64,000 nt of DNA from Octopus sinensis (lineage: Eukaryota), in NCBI RefSeq assembly GCF_006345805.1, contig NC_043003.1:60264001-60328000 (forward strand), in the 5' to 3' direction. A program made the position numbers and the translations under genes. Position 1 is the first letter of the stretch, and each line of letters opens with the position of its first letter. Of the stretch, positions 35,736 to 50,610 are shown in pieces. A model generated the notes under the pieces. The model made no database searches. It saw only the letters and a list, made by a program, of their open reading frames with translations, and was not told the DNA's origin.

Positions 35736-38735
35736 CATATATGTGTGTGGGGGTATGTATGAATGTATGAGTATATATATATACACACACACACTCATAC
35801 AAACGCATAAAGTGAGTTTCTGTTTCTTTAACCAAATTCCATTCATAAGGTACTCAGCAACCCGAGGCTATAGAAGTTACACGCCTAAGGTATCGTGCAG
35901 GAGTAGTGGTAGTAGTAGACTAGAAGTACGTGTTTGTAAAATGCAGTTTTTAACTGCACAGACATAAACGTGCCTATATACGTTAAATGAAGTAATGTGT
36001 TTTTGAAGAACTCTGCGGTTAATTATGAGTGCCTCTAATTCAGAGAGAAACATAGATGGTTAATGAGAATTTTATAGAGTTTTAAGTTTATGAGTGTAAA
36101 TTATGAATGTATATTCATTGTGTGTGTACGAATTGTTTGTTTTTATGTTTATTAGCCTCTGTGTGAGTGTAGGTATGTGGGCATGTGTGTGTGTGTGTGT
36201 GTGCGTGTGTGTGTTTGTGTCTAGGTGTGCATTTATTTATTTAAGTGTATTTGGATCTTATTTCACTTTGCTTTTAACCAACAAACCTCCGGTGACGTTG
36301 TGTTGCAGAATTCGAGTTAATAATACATGCATATATATATATATATACATACAAATGTATATATGAATATAAATGCACAAACACACACAAACAGACACGC
36401 GCACGTATACACACATACACATACACGCACACATACACCCACACATACACGCACACACATGCACGCACGCACTCAATACACATACACACACACACATTCG
36501 CATATATAATCTTTGATTGAGAATTAGCAGCGAGACTGTAGATTTATCTGTCAATCACACCTTATTTTAGAAGTTTTGCTCAGGGGAAATTGCCACAAGC
36601 CTTCTTCTATTCCAGCAGCCTTAAGGGCTTGTTTATTCCAAAGAAATTGACAAAATACTAATTAGTCAAGTAGAAGCACGCCTAAACGATAATCAATTGT
36701 TTTAAGCTACGACACGTATGTATGTGTGCATTTATTTTTGTATGCGGTAGACAGACAGACAGACAAAAAGAAGACGAGGAGAATGAGGTGGATGCACAGG
36801 AGGTTATCAATTATTTAGGGTGTGTTTGTGTTTACTTTTTAATTCTTTATTTATTTATTTATTGCTTATTTAGGAATGTATTTTCGCATTTTTCTTTGTC
36901 ATATTTTAGTTTTTTGAAATGTCTGTTTATTATAAATTTGTATCTAAAGTATAGAATAGAATAAAATTAGAAGTATTAATTTTCGAGTATCGTTTAACCC
37001 CTCTCCTCCATCTCTATTATCCAAGAAAGAAGCAGCTACCGTATCAACACTCCTTATTTAACAATATTATTGAAAATTTTGATATTAATCTAAATGTTTT
37101 CTGCAAATGGCTTCTGTGGTACATGACTCAGTTTTATTTTAGCCTAGATTTCCACTCAATAAACAAAATGAATTGTTTTAAATTTCTAAACATATCTAGG
37201 AAAACGACAATGTATTCTTCTCATGCCCTCCTTTAGAAACATTTTAAAAAGCTAAATAAAATAAGAATCATAAATTTGAATTTAAAATAAACAGAATGTG
37301 TCTTAATATCCAATGGGAACACTTTTTGAAATTTCTCTTCTTTATTTTTTCCTATGTATATTTTCCATGTTTCTCTTTAAAAAGTAATTTAATAACTAAA
37401 TTACTAATTTGTTCCTTTTCTATCAATAGGTGTAAACCTACTATCATTTAGCTTGAATCCTCTTAAGACTTCTCCCCACTCCTGTAAATAAATTTAATGA
37501 TAGGAAGGACAGTTGCACTGCCCCAATTACACTCACTGGCTTCTATTACATCGCTACACCGATCAATTGCGCTCTTGTGCATTCTTTTATTTTAGAAGCG
37601 TTAATTAAGTGAGAAGCGGTACTTAAATTTTTATGCGTCATAAATATTAATTAACTGGTAGAGCCATCATAGCAAGCTGTTTGCATCTTCAGTTCAAATA
37701 GCTGACGTCGTTTTAGAAAGAGACGTGAAAGGATGTCAGACGACAGCCATTTTGCTATTTTGCCAACTCTTTTTTTTTTCCTTCTCTTTCTAGTCAGTTT
37801 CCTTGCATTAGCAAAATATTTGTAATGATGTTTTCAACTGAATTAAGTTTCTCAGGCGACTATTCAATAACTTTATCCCATTACATATATAATTTTTAAT
37901 CTTAGCACTTTGACATTTTCAATAACAAATTCTAACTATCTATTATTATATGTGTTCGTTACTTAAAATATTTCCAAATTTATTATGAGATATTTCCAAG
38001 TAATTTTCTTCTCTGTATCTTCCATTATACATTTAAATGCATTTCTTATGGATTTTATAGAATCAAATTCCAGACATAATTCTTTTGGATTTTACTGATT
38101 TAAAAATTGCTCCCCCAAAGTTGTCATTCATTCGACTCCTCTCGCAAGCAAATATTTATATAATAGCTTTAATATATTGCATCAAGCCAACATTGGTCTA
38201 AAATATGAAATAATTGTTTAGCTTTAACCAGATACAAAAGTTCTGTATTTTATGACTGCGAAAATGATTATTGTAACATTCATGCATTTTATAAAAACAT
38301 TACTGATGTAAATTATGGGGGAACGACTACAATCTTTTAGCAAAACACAGCTTTGCAGTGGAATTTCGCTGCAAGATTTCTACTTAGAAACTGAAAGCCG
38401 TACGCATTTAATTTCTCTCTTTATTACATGATATTTATCTCTCGCTGGATGGTGTACTTTCTTATTCACTCCACTAATAACGGAAGACCAATAACGGAAC
38501 ATGATATAGTCCTGATGGCTTTTGCCGAAATTAAGAGCTCTGTCATGCTTTTGTTGTTGTAACACAAGGACTATCGTTATCAAATATACAGTCCTAGCCA
38601 TGACCATACATGTTTCTAAGAGTATATTGCGAACTACATTATCTATAGCGTCCTTTCTATATATCAGACAGTAAAATGTGATTTAAGGTTGAGTTGACTG
38701 CTATATACCAGGTCGAAGTAATATATATATATATA

Positions 38736-38805
<70 letters not shown>

Positions 38806-39699
38806 TGTGTGTTCCTTTGTTGGTTCACGACTCCACCGTTGCTTACAGAGACAATTATTGCATTGTCATCTTAAAAACAGCTCTTGGTAATAATTTTCTT
38901 ACTTTAATAACGCAGACAATTTCCTTTCCGTATTACTTTTTAAATTCCCCTTAACGTTCCGGTTGTATTGGTAAACGATGTTTATCTGAAGAGGGGTATT
39001 TGCAACTAACTTATATTTCTAGATTATATTCATTTTATTAGTTTACTTTTAGGGGAAATATCTCTTACATTCATAGAATCAAATTGTTTTATGTTATTTT
39101 TTTGAGGGGGGTGGAGGGTGGATTGTACTTACATGTAGAATGCGAAGTCGTTTCCATGCGATTCAATTCGTAATCACATCTTCAATTTGAGCAAGTTTCT
39201 CCTGAAATCACTAGTCGACCAATGTATTGTGAGCGAAATTTGGTAAAAATATATTCTCCGGTTCCCTCTCCATCCTTATATAAAAAGACATATTAAATAT
39301 CCAAATCTTCAATTTAATTCTCTCTTTAGAATTAAGTGGAATTTATTCATATTTGAATGTGGATTTTTACCAGAAGTATTTTTAATCTATCTATTACTTA
39401 CGAACAAACTTTCTTCTCTCGTTGTTCCAACATCTTCAGCGTTTAAGCGTCAGTGGTAAATTATTTAAGAGCCGTTTTCAAGGGTAATCCTGCTCTGTTG
39501 CCGTACGTCGGGAACTTGTCCTCAAAAGGGAGAGAGAAAAAAAAACTCATAAAACAGGAATCAAGATGAAGCATTTGGGATTAATGTAGGATATATTTGA
39601 CCTCTGACATTATACATTTTCTGATCCTACTTGCTGCTTTGAGCATTATATCTCTCAGTTATCGTTGATTTGTCAAATTCACTTTAACATCGAATCTAT

Positions 39700-39890
<191 letters not shown>

Positions 39891-40449
39891 CTCTCTTTCT
39901 CCCTACACGCACACGTACATATATATGTGTATATGTCTGCTGGTGATTGTGTGTTTGTGTGTGTGTATTCACTATTATTTTAGACTACCTTTTAACTCTC
40001 AACATTTTATGCTCCTTGTTTTATCTCGTATCCATTTCCTTGCTATATTTCACGTAGCGTCTTTCATCCTATATTTATCCGGCGTTTCTTAAACCCTTTA
40101 TGACCTCCGCAGGTCAACAGTCACATCTTTAGTCTCTTTTCTTTCCTCCTGTGAGTGTGAGAAATTCATTTGCCTAAGGCTTTGATATAAAACCCACATT
40201 AATAAAACTAAGCGCATCTACATACACTGCATCGCATGCATGTACAAATACATACGCAGTCTCACAATCGCACACGCGTACGAACGCAAAAGCATGGTAT
40301 AATGGTGCTTCGCGATTGTTGGTCTGCTGGTAAAAATCTCCAAGCTGAACACCTACCACATTTGATCTGAACGTAGAGTGGCCATGTTAAATGCTTGAAT
40401 TAACCCATTACTCTTACTCGCAACCCATCATCTCTCCTAACTCTATTAC

Positions 40450-40484
40450 ATCTATACACCACACACCACACGTGTGTATGTACA

Positions 40485-40558
<74 letters not shown>

Positions 40559-41109
40559 TTGCGCATATTTTATTTACATATATATATATATATATACACA
40601 CTCACTAATATATATATATATATGTAGTATGTATTTATATATTGTGACTTAGTGTTTGTCCTTTTTTATGCCATTCTACCAAATATATTCTATTATTACC
40701 TATCTGTCTCAAATTGACGCCTCCAATTCTGCACTCATCCTCACGCACGTACAGGCTTATGTGTGGAACTAGGCATATACTGAGACAGAGAAATTTGTAC
40801 ACGTACGCTCGGCGTATCACACTCGTAAACACACGCTATTTACGTATATGTACGCAGAAACAAAACGCATATTAATATACACGCTTGTAGAAACTCACAT
40901 AAGCATATCTACATACATACATTCATACATACGTACATACATACATATATATATATACAGAAAGATGAGAGAGAGGGATACATACATAAATACATATATT
41001 CATACATATGTAGGTGAGTATATATATATATGCATTACATACATATAGATGCATATAATAATATATATAATATATATAATAGGTATGTATTCATTATACA
41101 ACATACCGT

Positions 41110-41153
<44 letters not shown>

Positions 41154-41497
41154 TCTATTTATTAGGTATTTCTATGTGTGTATATATACATATATAGATA
41201 TATATGTGTGGTGTATTTATACGTATGCATATATATATAGTTGCACATATACACTACACACACACAACAAAACACACACACACACACACACGTTCGTGCA
41301 CGCTCGTACAAGATAATACATCTGCAGACGGACACCAACACTCGCGAAGGATAGTAAACTACAACATACACATACAAACGGACATGCTTGTATACATACA
41401 TATATGCATGGTGTGTTGTGCATATATACATACACACACACACACACACACATATTATGTATATATTATATATACATACATACATATATACATACAT

Positions 41498-41559
<62 letters not shown>

Positions 41560-41789
41560 AATATACGCATATATACGCATCTATAGATACATGTGTACGT
41601 GCAGAGACACACACATTGTCACATATAACACGCGCGAACGAACGCGCGCGCACACACATACACGCCCACAAACTTACATGCACACGCTAGAAACATTTAC
41701 AGATTATCGTACTCTCCACCAGAATCACTATCAAAGGAATCGGTCGCTTGGAAAATATTCTCTCTTACCATATTTACTTTCCATGTTTA

Positions 41790-41820
<31 letters not shown>

Positions 41821-42330
41821 TATACAACAATAACAAACAGAAAAACAACAAAAGCACCGTCTCCCTCCTTCTCTTTCTCCTACTCTCCCTCCCTGTTTCT
41901 CTCTTTCTCTTTTTCTCTCCCTCTGTCTGTCTCTCTTTCTCTCTCTTCTTAAAGCTTGAATAATGCAATACAAAGTTGCAGATTGAAAAGCGTGTTTGTT
42001 TTTTTTTTGTGTTTATTTTAGATTAGTTGTTTATTTCTATTTTTTTTTCCTAGTGCCAGCACAAAACGGTGGTTAGGGCAGGCGCGGATAACACCTGCAT
42101 ACACGGCAACCCGTTTAAGTTACTCTCCTAACTAGCCTTCCTTCCTTCCTTCCTTTCGTTCTTTCGTTCTTTCTTTCTTTTTTCCGTTCCCTATTTCTTC
42201 CATTTTTTCTTGGTGTTATTATTATTTTTGTTGTTGTTGTTGTAGTTGTGGATGGTGGTGGTGGAAGTGGTGCTTTTTTTGCTGTTGTTGTTTTTTCTTT
42301 CGTCAAACCTAAATTCCTTCTGCAGCCTGG

Positions 42331-42370
<40 letters not shown>

Positions 42371-43057
42371 TTCTCTCTTTCTTACCCTGCACTACCACCA
42401 TCACCACCACCATATATATTTCATTGTACGATAATAGAACCCAACATGGCTCGGGGAGTTCCCTACGAGAAAGGAAACCACACGTATACATACAAACATA
42501 CACACACACGTACACACATACATACATACATACATACATTCATTCATACATACATACATACATACATACATACAAACATACATACATACATACTACACGC
42601 TTACACGTGCAAACATGCACACAACAACACCATACACGGACACAAACAGAATCAGAATTACATATCGTTTGATGCACACGTAATTACACACACCATGCAA
42701 ACGCCCACATACACATATACGCATACGGGAACCACACAGCCATGCGCACGCACACACACACACACACATACATACATACACACACACACCCTAAAACACA
42801 CTTGTATAAACATATGTACAACCGATGTACAAATTCGCATACATTCGATTACATATATAGACCCCCTTGACATATATGTGTATGTATGTGTGTGTGCAAG
42901 TGTGTGTGAGTGCATATGTGTGTGTGTGTGAGGCTGAGTGCGCAAGCTTACACCCATACAAGCAGACACGCACAAATACACACAGGTACATATGCGTGTG
43001 TGTATGACTATATTTATACACACACACACACACCACACACACACACACCACACACAC

Positions 43058-43104
<47 letters not shown>

Positions 43105-43280
43105 TATATATATACATATATAGTATACATACATACTTACATTATATTTTTTACATATACGCAAACATATAGATATGTATGTGTGTGTGTACAAGCATAA
43201 TCATTCATTCGTACATGTACATACACATATAAATATACCACACATACATACATACATACATACATACATACATACGTGCA
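40450..43280. repeat. Very dense compound microsatellite/low-complexity region
   Basis: Alternating (TA), (CA), (CATA), (TC), (TTCC) and (TTG) runs with short unique spacers. Confidence 0.85.
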
Positions 43281-45654
43281 TGCATAATGATGTTTCATTT
43301 CTTATGATGTGGTTGAACCGAAGCCCGACTGATGTGATCCCGTTCAATATGTACGACTTGTTACGTTTTTTCTCTCTGATTCGTACAGAAAGTGGATACC
43401 AACGCGACATAATGACAGACTAGGAAGCTTAAAAGACGAGGAAAGTGAAAGAAGGGATGAAAAAAAAAACGTTTTCCTCCAACGGTTCTTAATTATCCAC
43501 TATATTCTATTCACATCTTTTACAATTTCTTAAGTTTAAACACACCGTATGAGAAAGAAGCTTTAATTACCGAATTCACAGTGTTTCAAAGTCTTGTTAA
43601 TAACAGAGCGAACGATTCTGTAATAACATTTGATAATAGTAATGAGGAACACCTGCCCATAGAGCCGTGCTAGTTAATGGTAGCTTTTGAAAAGGCACTT
43701 TAATGGAACCAGCAATGTATTCTAATAGCTGGCATAACGCACCAACACGAGAACCCGTGGTAAAGTTTATAGACGTCTATTTTACATAAGTTTTTAGGCA
43801 TTATTTTTCCGCCAAACCCGCTGGTTGTTGTTGTTGATATTATTATTATTATTATTATCATTATTATTATTATTATTATTATTATATTGTCGAGATATTT
43901 TACGCAGCAAACAATACTATTTATTTTGTTTTGAAATTTGCTTAGTTTCTTTTTTAATGAAGAAATAGATCGTACTATTTGTTTGTTCAGTTCTATTTAT
44001 AATTTTGTTTTTGTTATTGTAAATTGTTATTTGAGGTCTAAAAGTGTTTTTTTTTTAATCTTTAAATAATACAAAAGGCGTTAAATATACCTGCTATTGC
44101 CGTTCACCTTTTATATCAGGTCTCCTACTTTGAAAATAACCAACATTACGGTAACGTCTCTTTTGTTCAAAACTCCGTTTTAAATCGTTCTTATTTGATA
44201 TGGTTTGTCAAATATTTTACCACAAGATGAATTATAATTTATAATAAAATATTATGACGTGGTTTTATTTTATTAGATTTAACAGAAATATATTTGAACC
44301 TATTTAACATGAACACTAAAATATTGTTTTCATAGCAAATAGTCGATATTTTATTTGTAATATCGAGGGAAATCTTTATTTAAATTTCAGCTGATAACAA
44401 GTATTCAATGAATATAACTTTACAACGAGTGTAGAAAAAAATATGAATTAGATTTTATTTTTGTTTCCGATATTACATTTAGGTGACATCTCCATTGTGT
44501 AATTGTTTCGTTCATTTCATTAGCTATTTATAACCTAAGAACGCATTTTCTTATAGCTAAAATTACTGTAACTCCGTGGAATTGTATAGAAAGCTGATTT
44601 TAACTGACAAGTCTAGATATATATCGCGTTAGATTTGATGATATTGATTGTTAAACGTCTTTATTCGAATTAGACATTTTTGGAATACTTTTAGAAAATT
44701 GAAAAGCAAATTTAGCTTCCACTAATATATTCGTACTGATTAAAAAAAGTAGAATGCGAATGGGAGCTTTCTCTGACAAAAAAAACAAAATTAAAAAAAG
44801 ACTAATGCGACTGCAATAAAATAGAAGAGGTGTTTCGTGAAACAAGACAAATAAACACTATGGAATGATAACTTAATACGAGGTGTAAACGGTTTCTTTT
44901 GACTAGACCTAACGCTTTAACGGTTTAAAAGAGAAATAAATTAAGTTGTAAATTATGTGTCTCTCAATGATATAACTAACAGAATAATTGAAATATAGTT
45001 TCCACTCACAAACCGTTTTTATAGTCACTGCTCAATGGTGACTAACTATCCGCAACTTACTGCTAATTCATTTACAATAAAATGCTTGCAGAAATGTTGG
45101 AACTTCAGAAATAGTTTCTAATGTATAATAAAAAAAAACTTGAAGTTAAAATATTTATGTGACTCCAAATTCGGACTCTTCAGCGACTCATAAATTAGGC
45201 AGGTATCTTCTGTCATAACCTGCAGTTGACCCAATAATTATGAATGAGATTAACTTTGCAAAATCTGCGCGGGGCCCCGTTGGATAGCACGTAAATTCTT
45301 TTGGCTATTCGACTTAATTTGTTGTCTAATATAAGACTTCATCTAACCCTTGTATGTCGTTAGCGAGGTATGCTCTGTAGGAAAGCATCTGGACAATTTC
45401 TTTCTTCTGAAAATAACTTAATATATCTTGAAGCGCTCTTTTTACTGTAACAAAATACGAGGCATTGTTCCTTTCACGCTTTTCACAATCCAACCATTCA
45501 AAGCTTCATGGATGCTATCAATCTTTATATGATTAAGGAGAAAGGTAAAAAAAGAAAATATTCGAGTTTCACTTTACTGAAGAAAATCTAATACATCATT
45601 TCTGTGACTATTTTCCATTATTAACCGAAGATAATACACTATTACTTAGAAGTG

Positions 45655-45800
45655 TGAGATACGATACCATGGCCCTTTGTTATGTCAGAGGCTCTGAGAC
45701 TGGTGCTAAGAAGGGAGCAGGATATTCTCAAAGCACAAGCATAGTTCAAATGCGTGCAATCGAGTTAAATCCGTTAAACAACGCAAGAAACTGGCGGCGG
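45655..45800 (+). mobile_element. Possible RTE-clade LINE RT remnant
   Basis: GGC TCT GAG ACT (1-nt gap) G GTG CTA AGA AGG GAG CAG GAT ATT CTC reads GSET(W)VLRREQDIL, resembling RTE 'YGSETWxLxxxxxxxL'. Frameshifted. Confidence 0.25.
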
Positions 45801-46618
45801 TGTTAACTCGGGTGATGGATAATGCTTTATATTCATGAGCCTAGAACAAATGTGCCGGACGAAATACTGCATTGGTATCTTATCTGACATTCTAAGAATT
45901 CGGTAAAAACCGTCGGCGAAAAGCAAGAAAGGCAAAGATTCGAAAAAAAAAATCACAATGTTTTGTGCTCTACACTAACGACATTTCTAATTCACATCCT
46001 AAAATTGTCTCAAAACCTCCTCATAGTATAAAGCCTAACATTTTAAAGACTACTGAAGCTCTAATTATCATTTAAGATATACCCAACGCCAAAAGTCGAA
46101 TAGAATGAAGTCCAGCGGAATAGGATACTGATATGCATTTCCATGTGTTAAACAGAGCCATTTGAAAAAAGTTGCCATTATCGTAAGATGCTATTTCCAC
46201 ATTCTTAAAAACACGACATTTTGAATCTTGATAAAAAGACAAACATGTTTTCCCGAAGATAACTACCGTTGTTTAGTCTCCGGTCAACGAAACAGTTTAA
46301 CCTTAGTTCAGCTTAATATCATTTCAACTATAAACTTGCCATTTTGCTTCTATACATAATGTAAACAGAGATAATCATAAAATAGTAGCATATAAATTGA
46401 AGGCGATTTTGGCTGCTATTTGTAGCCTTGTTAATTGCGTCTTCTCAGATCGAATAGCACGCTTAGACGAAATTGTTGGTCACCGATAAACAGTGAATAA
46501 ACATGCAGTGCTATAGCAAATAGCCGCTCGACTAAATAAAAAACCTGTTATATTCAACAATAGCGGCATTTAAGTAAAATAGTTATATATGTGTATCGTA
46601 CCTGATGTAAACATATCT

Positions 46619-46850
46619 ATTTCTTTACTACCCACAAGGGGTTAAACACAGAGGGGACAAACAAGGACAGACAAACGGATTAAGTCGATTGTATCGACCC
46701 CAGTGCGTAACTGGTTCTTAATTTATCGACCCCGAAAGGATGAAAGGCAAAGTCGACCTCGGCGGAATTTGAACTCAGAACGTAACGGCAGACGAAATAT
46801 CGCTAAGCATTTCGCCCGGCGTACTAACGTTTCTACCAGCTCGCCGCCTT
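46619..46850 (-). mobile_element. SINE family B, full length, 20-bp TSD
   Basis: Perfect TSD TACCTGATGTAAACATATCT at 46599-46618 and 46851-46870; head GGCGGCGAGCTGG on the minus strand. Confidence 0.95.
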
Positions 46851-47121
46851 TACCTGATGTAAACATATCTTAACGCAAATTTACTGCGGATATATAGATG
46901 GGTATTTTAATCTAATGCTTATTCTGATGCATAAAACAAGAAAGTATTGTTGAAAACAATGCTTTTGAAGTGTTCTTGAGTTAAAGACTCAGGTTTGAAC
47001 GCAAGGTAAAGAGAGGCCAGATGCTGTTGTAATCTACAACAAATCCAGAACAAATATTTACTTTCATATCTACGTATTGCTTTCACTTGGGATTCGGATA
47101 ATTAAATAGGTATATCATTCA

Positions 47122-47340
47122 GGGCGGCGAGCTGGCAGAAACGTTAGCACGCCGGGTGAAATGCGTAGCCGTATTTCGTCTGTCGTTTCGTTGTGAGTTC
47201 AAATTCCGCCGAGGTCGACTTTGCCTTTCATCCTTTCGGGGTCGATAAATTAAGTACCAGTTACGCACTGGAGTCGATGTAATCGACTTAATACTTATGT
47301 CTGACACCTCTATGTTTAGCCCCTTTTGGGTAATAAAGAA
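47122..47340 (+). mobile_element. SINE family B, full length, ~18-bp TSD
   Basis: GGCGGCGAGCTGGCAGAAACGTTAGCACG...; TSD AAATAGGTATATCATTCA (47104-47121) and AAATAGGTATATTATTCA (47339-47356). Confidence 0.93.
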
Positions 47341-47570
47341 ATAGGTATATTATTCAATTTTGCTAAAATCTTTTGTATTTGTATTGTTGACTGCTTAAAA
47401 ATAATGAAATATAAGACAAAAACCAATCACCATCAAATATAAATGATTTTAAAAAGTTATGGTTGTGAATATAGACTTCAGATGCATTGTGCTTTAGATA
47501 GGAATGAATATCTCTGGTTTCATTTACTCATGCATAGAATCAGGACTATGTAAAGAGTCATCATAAATCT

Positions 47571-47978
47571 TACTCCTTTACTCTTTTACTTGTTTCAGTC
47601 ATTTGGCTGCAGCCATGCTGGAGCACCGCATTTAGTCGGGCAAATCGACCCCAGGGCTTATTCTTTGTAAGCCTAGTACTTATTCTATCGGTTTATTTTG
47701 CCGAACCGCTAAGTTACGGGGACGTAAAAACAACCAGCATCGGTTGTCAAGCGATGTTGCGGTGGACAAACACAGACACACAAACACATTCACACACATA
47801 CATATATATATACAATGGGCTTCTTTCGGTTTCCGTCTACCAAATCCACTCACAAGGCTTTGGTCACCCCGAAGCTATAGTAGAATGCACTTGCCCAAGG
47901 TGCCACGCAGTGGGACTGAACCCGGAACCATGTGGTTGGTAAGCAAGCTACTTACCATACAGCCACTCCTGCGCCTAT
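47571..47978 (-). mobile_element. SINE family A, full length
   Basis: Colinear with 31155-31576. Confidence 0.92.
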
Positions 47979-48301
47979 CTAAGATAGATTCTAAAAGCTA
48001 ACTCTGTCAGTTTGTCGAAGACGTGTGTTTCAGTGGTTAAATATTCTCTCGGCTCATGATGTTAAGCTCATGTATTCAGTTTCTAAACTGGACGACACAT
48101 TTCATATAATACCGCGAGTTAGTTCTTTTCGCATTGTACTAGTATCAGCTGAGTATTGGTGCTACCGGCAGTGTATTAGATTATCAAATCTATTAGAGCA
48201 TCGTAAAAATACCTTGTACTATTCCTTCTAGACCTTACGTTCTATGTTCTAATCATGCCAACGTCACAATTGCCCTTTAAACTTCCGGGGCCGTAATATC
48301 T

Positions 48302-48710
48302 GTTTCTTTATTACCCACAAGGGGCTAAACACACAGGCGACAAACAAGGACAAAAAGGATTAAGTCGACTATATCGACTCTTGTGCGTTACTGGTAATTA
48401 TTTAATTGACCCCAAAAGGATGAAAGGCAAAGTCGACCTCGGTGGAATTTGAACTCATAACGTAACGGCAGACGAAATACCTATTTCTTTACTACCTACA
48501 ATGGGCTAAACATAGAGTACAAACAAGGACAGACAAACGGATTAAGCCGATTACATCGACCCCAGTGCGTAACTGGTACTTAATTTATCGGCCCCCGAAA
48601 GGATGAAAGGCAAAGTCTACCTCGGCGGAATTTGAACTCAGAACGTAACGGCAGACGAAATACGGTTACACATTTCGCCCGGCGTGCTAACAGTTCTGCC
48701 AGCTAGCCGC
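48302..48710 (-). mobile_element. SINE family B dimer (head plus two bodies) inside one 20-bp TSD
   Basis: TSD CTTCCGGGGC(C/T)GTAATATCT at 48282-48301 and 48711-48730; the body repeat junction is near 48480. Confidence 0.92.
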
Positions 48711-49329
48711 CTTCCGGGGCTGTAATATCTTGAAGCTAATCAACTGACAACCGTCCCCACAAATTTGAGATCCTTGCTAATTAAATTTCTTTTCTTCCCT
48801 ACAACCTTTATGCAAACTATTTTTCTGAGAATATGATTTATTGTGTCAATATATGAATGAATACCCTAGAAAGAAAGAGATCAGCTACTCAGTTATAATC
48901 ATCATGAATTCTTTACTTTTATGCCCAAAATATTTACATATACGCAACTCATACACAGAACACTTGTAGTTCAATCCTAGCAATTATGAATACTATCAAA
49001 GGGTAAGGTGTAATTTGCAAAAAGAAGGGGAAATGTGAAGTCCATGAATGTTTTGTTCAATAGCAATATTGAATACAATTTATCTGAAAGACCGGGAGAA
49101 GACAGGGGCTCATTGTAATCATGAATATTTATATGAAGATATGACTTCATTATAGATATTATAAACCTGCTCATGTAGAACCTACGGTGATTAAGATACG
49201 GTCCATAATGAATAACAATTTACTAGTTCTAAAAGTAATCATTCTATAATTTCTACTCTTGAAACACTTTACACAGTAAACGGTCCTGATTCAATCACCA
49301 CCAAAATACCGATATGTAAATAACTATAG

Positions 49330-49495
49330 TGAAGACATGTGGCCTAGCCGTTATGAATGTTCATTTCATGATCTAAGATTGTAGGTTCGATTACAGGCCC
49401 GGGCGTCACAATATGTTTTTATGTAAGTCATTTCATTTCGAGTTCTTCCTGTCTACTCAGCTTTAAATGAGAACAAAACAGGGTACTAGTGCAGC
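49330..49495 (+). mobile_element. Degenerate SINE D-like copy
   Basis: GTGGCCTAGCCGTT...GTAGGTTCGATTACAGGCCCGGG...CTACTCAGCTTTAAATGAG. Confidence 0.55.
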
Positions 49496-49996
49496 TCCCT
49501 CTTTCTCTCTCCTCTTTCTTTCTTTTTACATCTCTCTCTTTATCTCTTCCCCCTCCCTCTCCTTTCACTATCTCCTCTTTTCCTCCTTCTCTCTCAAGGT
49601 CTAACGTCCTGGTTATTCTGCCGAGAGAAGGGTGAAGCGCTTAAGGGTTGTCTGTGTATATGTAAGCACCTAAAACAAATAGCGAAATGGTGGCAAATAT
49701 TACCAAGTCAACCATGCTAGAGAACGATGGCTGTTATATATAAATCGTTGGCTCTTGAGGCAAAAACGGATATCCCTGAACAGAAAAAAGCAATTTCAAA
49801 TAAACATGAAAAGAAAACAGTTTTAAGGTTATGTAAAAAAAAAAAAAAAAAAAGGAGCATTGTCATACTTACGTGTTCTTTTCCCTCAGCTTAACATTCG
49901 ATTAAACATATTTATGATCAAAATATTTCATTCCTGATAATCCAGTGTTTTCGGATATCAGGTATTAGGTTTACAATATACCTTTTTCATTGGTAT

Positions 49997-50610
49997 GGCG
50001 GCGAGCTGGCAGATACGTTAGCATGCCGGGCGAAATTCTTTGGGGTATTTCGTCTCTCTTTATGTTCTGAGTTCAAATTCCGCCGAGGTCGACTTTGCCT
50101 TCCATCCTTTCGGGGTCGATTAAATAAGTACCAGTTACGTACTGGGGTCGATATAATCGACTTAATCCGTTTGTCTGTCCTTGTTTGTCCTTTTTGTGTT
50201 TAGCCCCTTGTGGGTAGTAAAGAAATAGGTATTTCGTCAGCCTATACGTTCTGAGTTCAAATTCCGCCGAGGTCGACTTTGCCTTTCATCCTTGCGGGGT
50301 CGACAAATTAAGTACCAGTTGCGCACTGGGGGTCAATTTAATCGGCGTAATCCGTTTGTCTGTCCTTGTTTGTCCCCTCTATGTTTAGCCCCTTGTGGGC
50401 AATAAAGAAATTAGAAATGCTAGCATGCCGGGCGAAATGCTTAGGAATATTTCGTCTGTCTTTACGTTCTGAGTTCAAATTCCGCCGAGGTCGACTTTGC
50501 CTTTCATCCTTTCGAGGTTGATAAATTAAGTACTGGTTTCATAGTGGGGTCGATCTAATCGTGTGGCCCCACCTCCCCAAAAATTTCGGGCCTTGTGTCT
50601 AGAGTAGAAA
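49997..50610 (+). mobile_element. SINE family B trimer
   Basis: The head at 49997 is followed by three copies of GAGTTCAAATTCCGCCGAGGTCGACTTTGCC; junctions near 50228 and 50415; the third unit has a variant 3' end. Confidence 0.9.

Noticed and set aside
37700-37755. CRE (TGACGTC) and YY1-like GCCATTTTG motifs
   Set aside because: The minus-strand ATG is followed by a stop after 4 codons, and there is no other promoter evidence.
38975-39080. CTGAAGA followed by a GAGGGGTATTT/AAATATCTC pairing
   Set aside because: No GAAA or NUH after the putative stem II; at best an unrecognisable fossil.
42440-42485. CAACATGG Kozak start (MARGVPYEKGN)
   Set aside because: Runs straight into (CA)/(CATA) microsatellite with no donor site.
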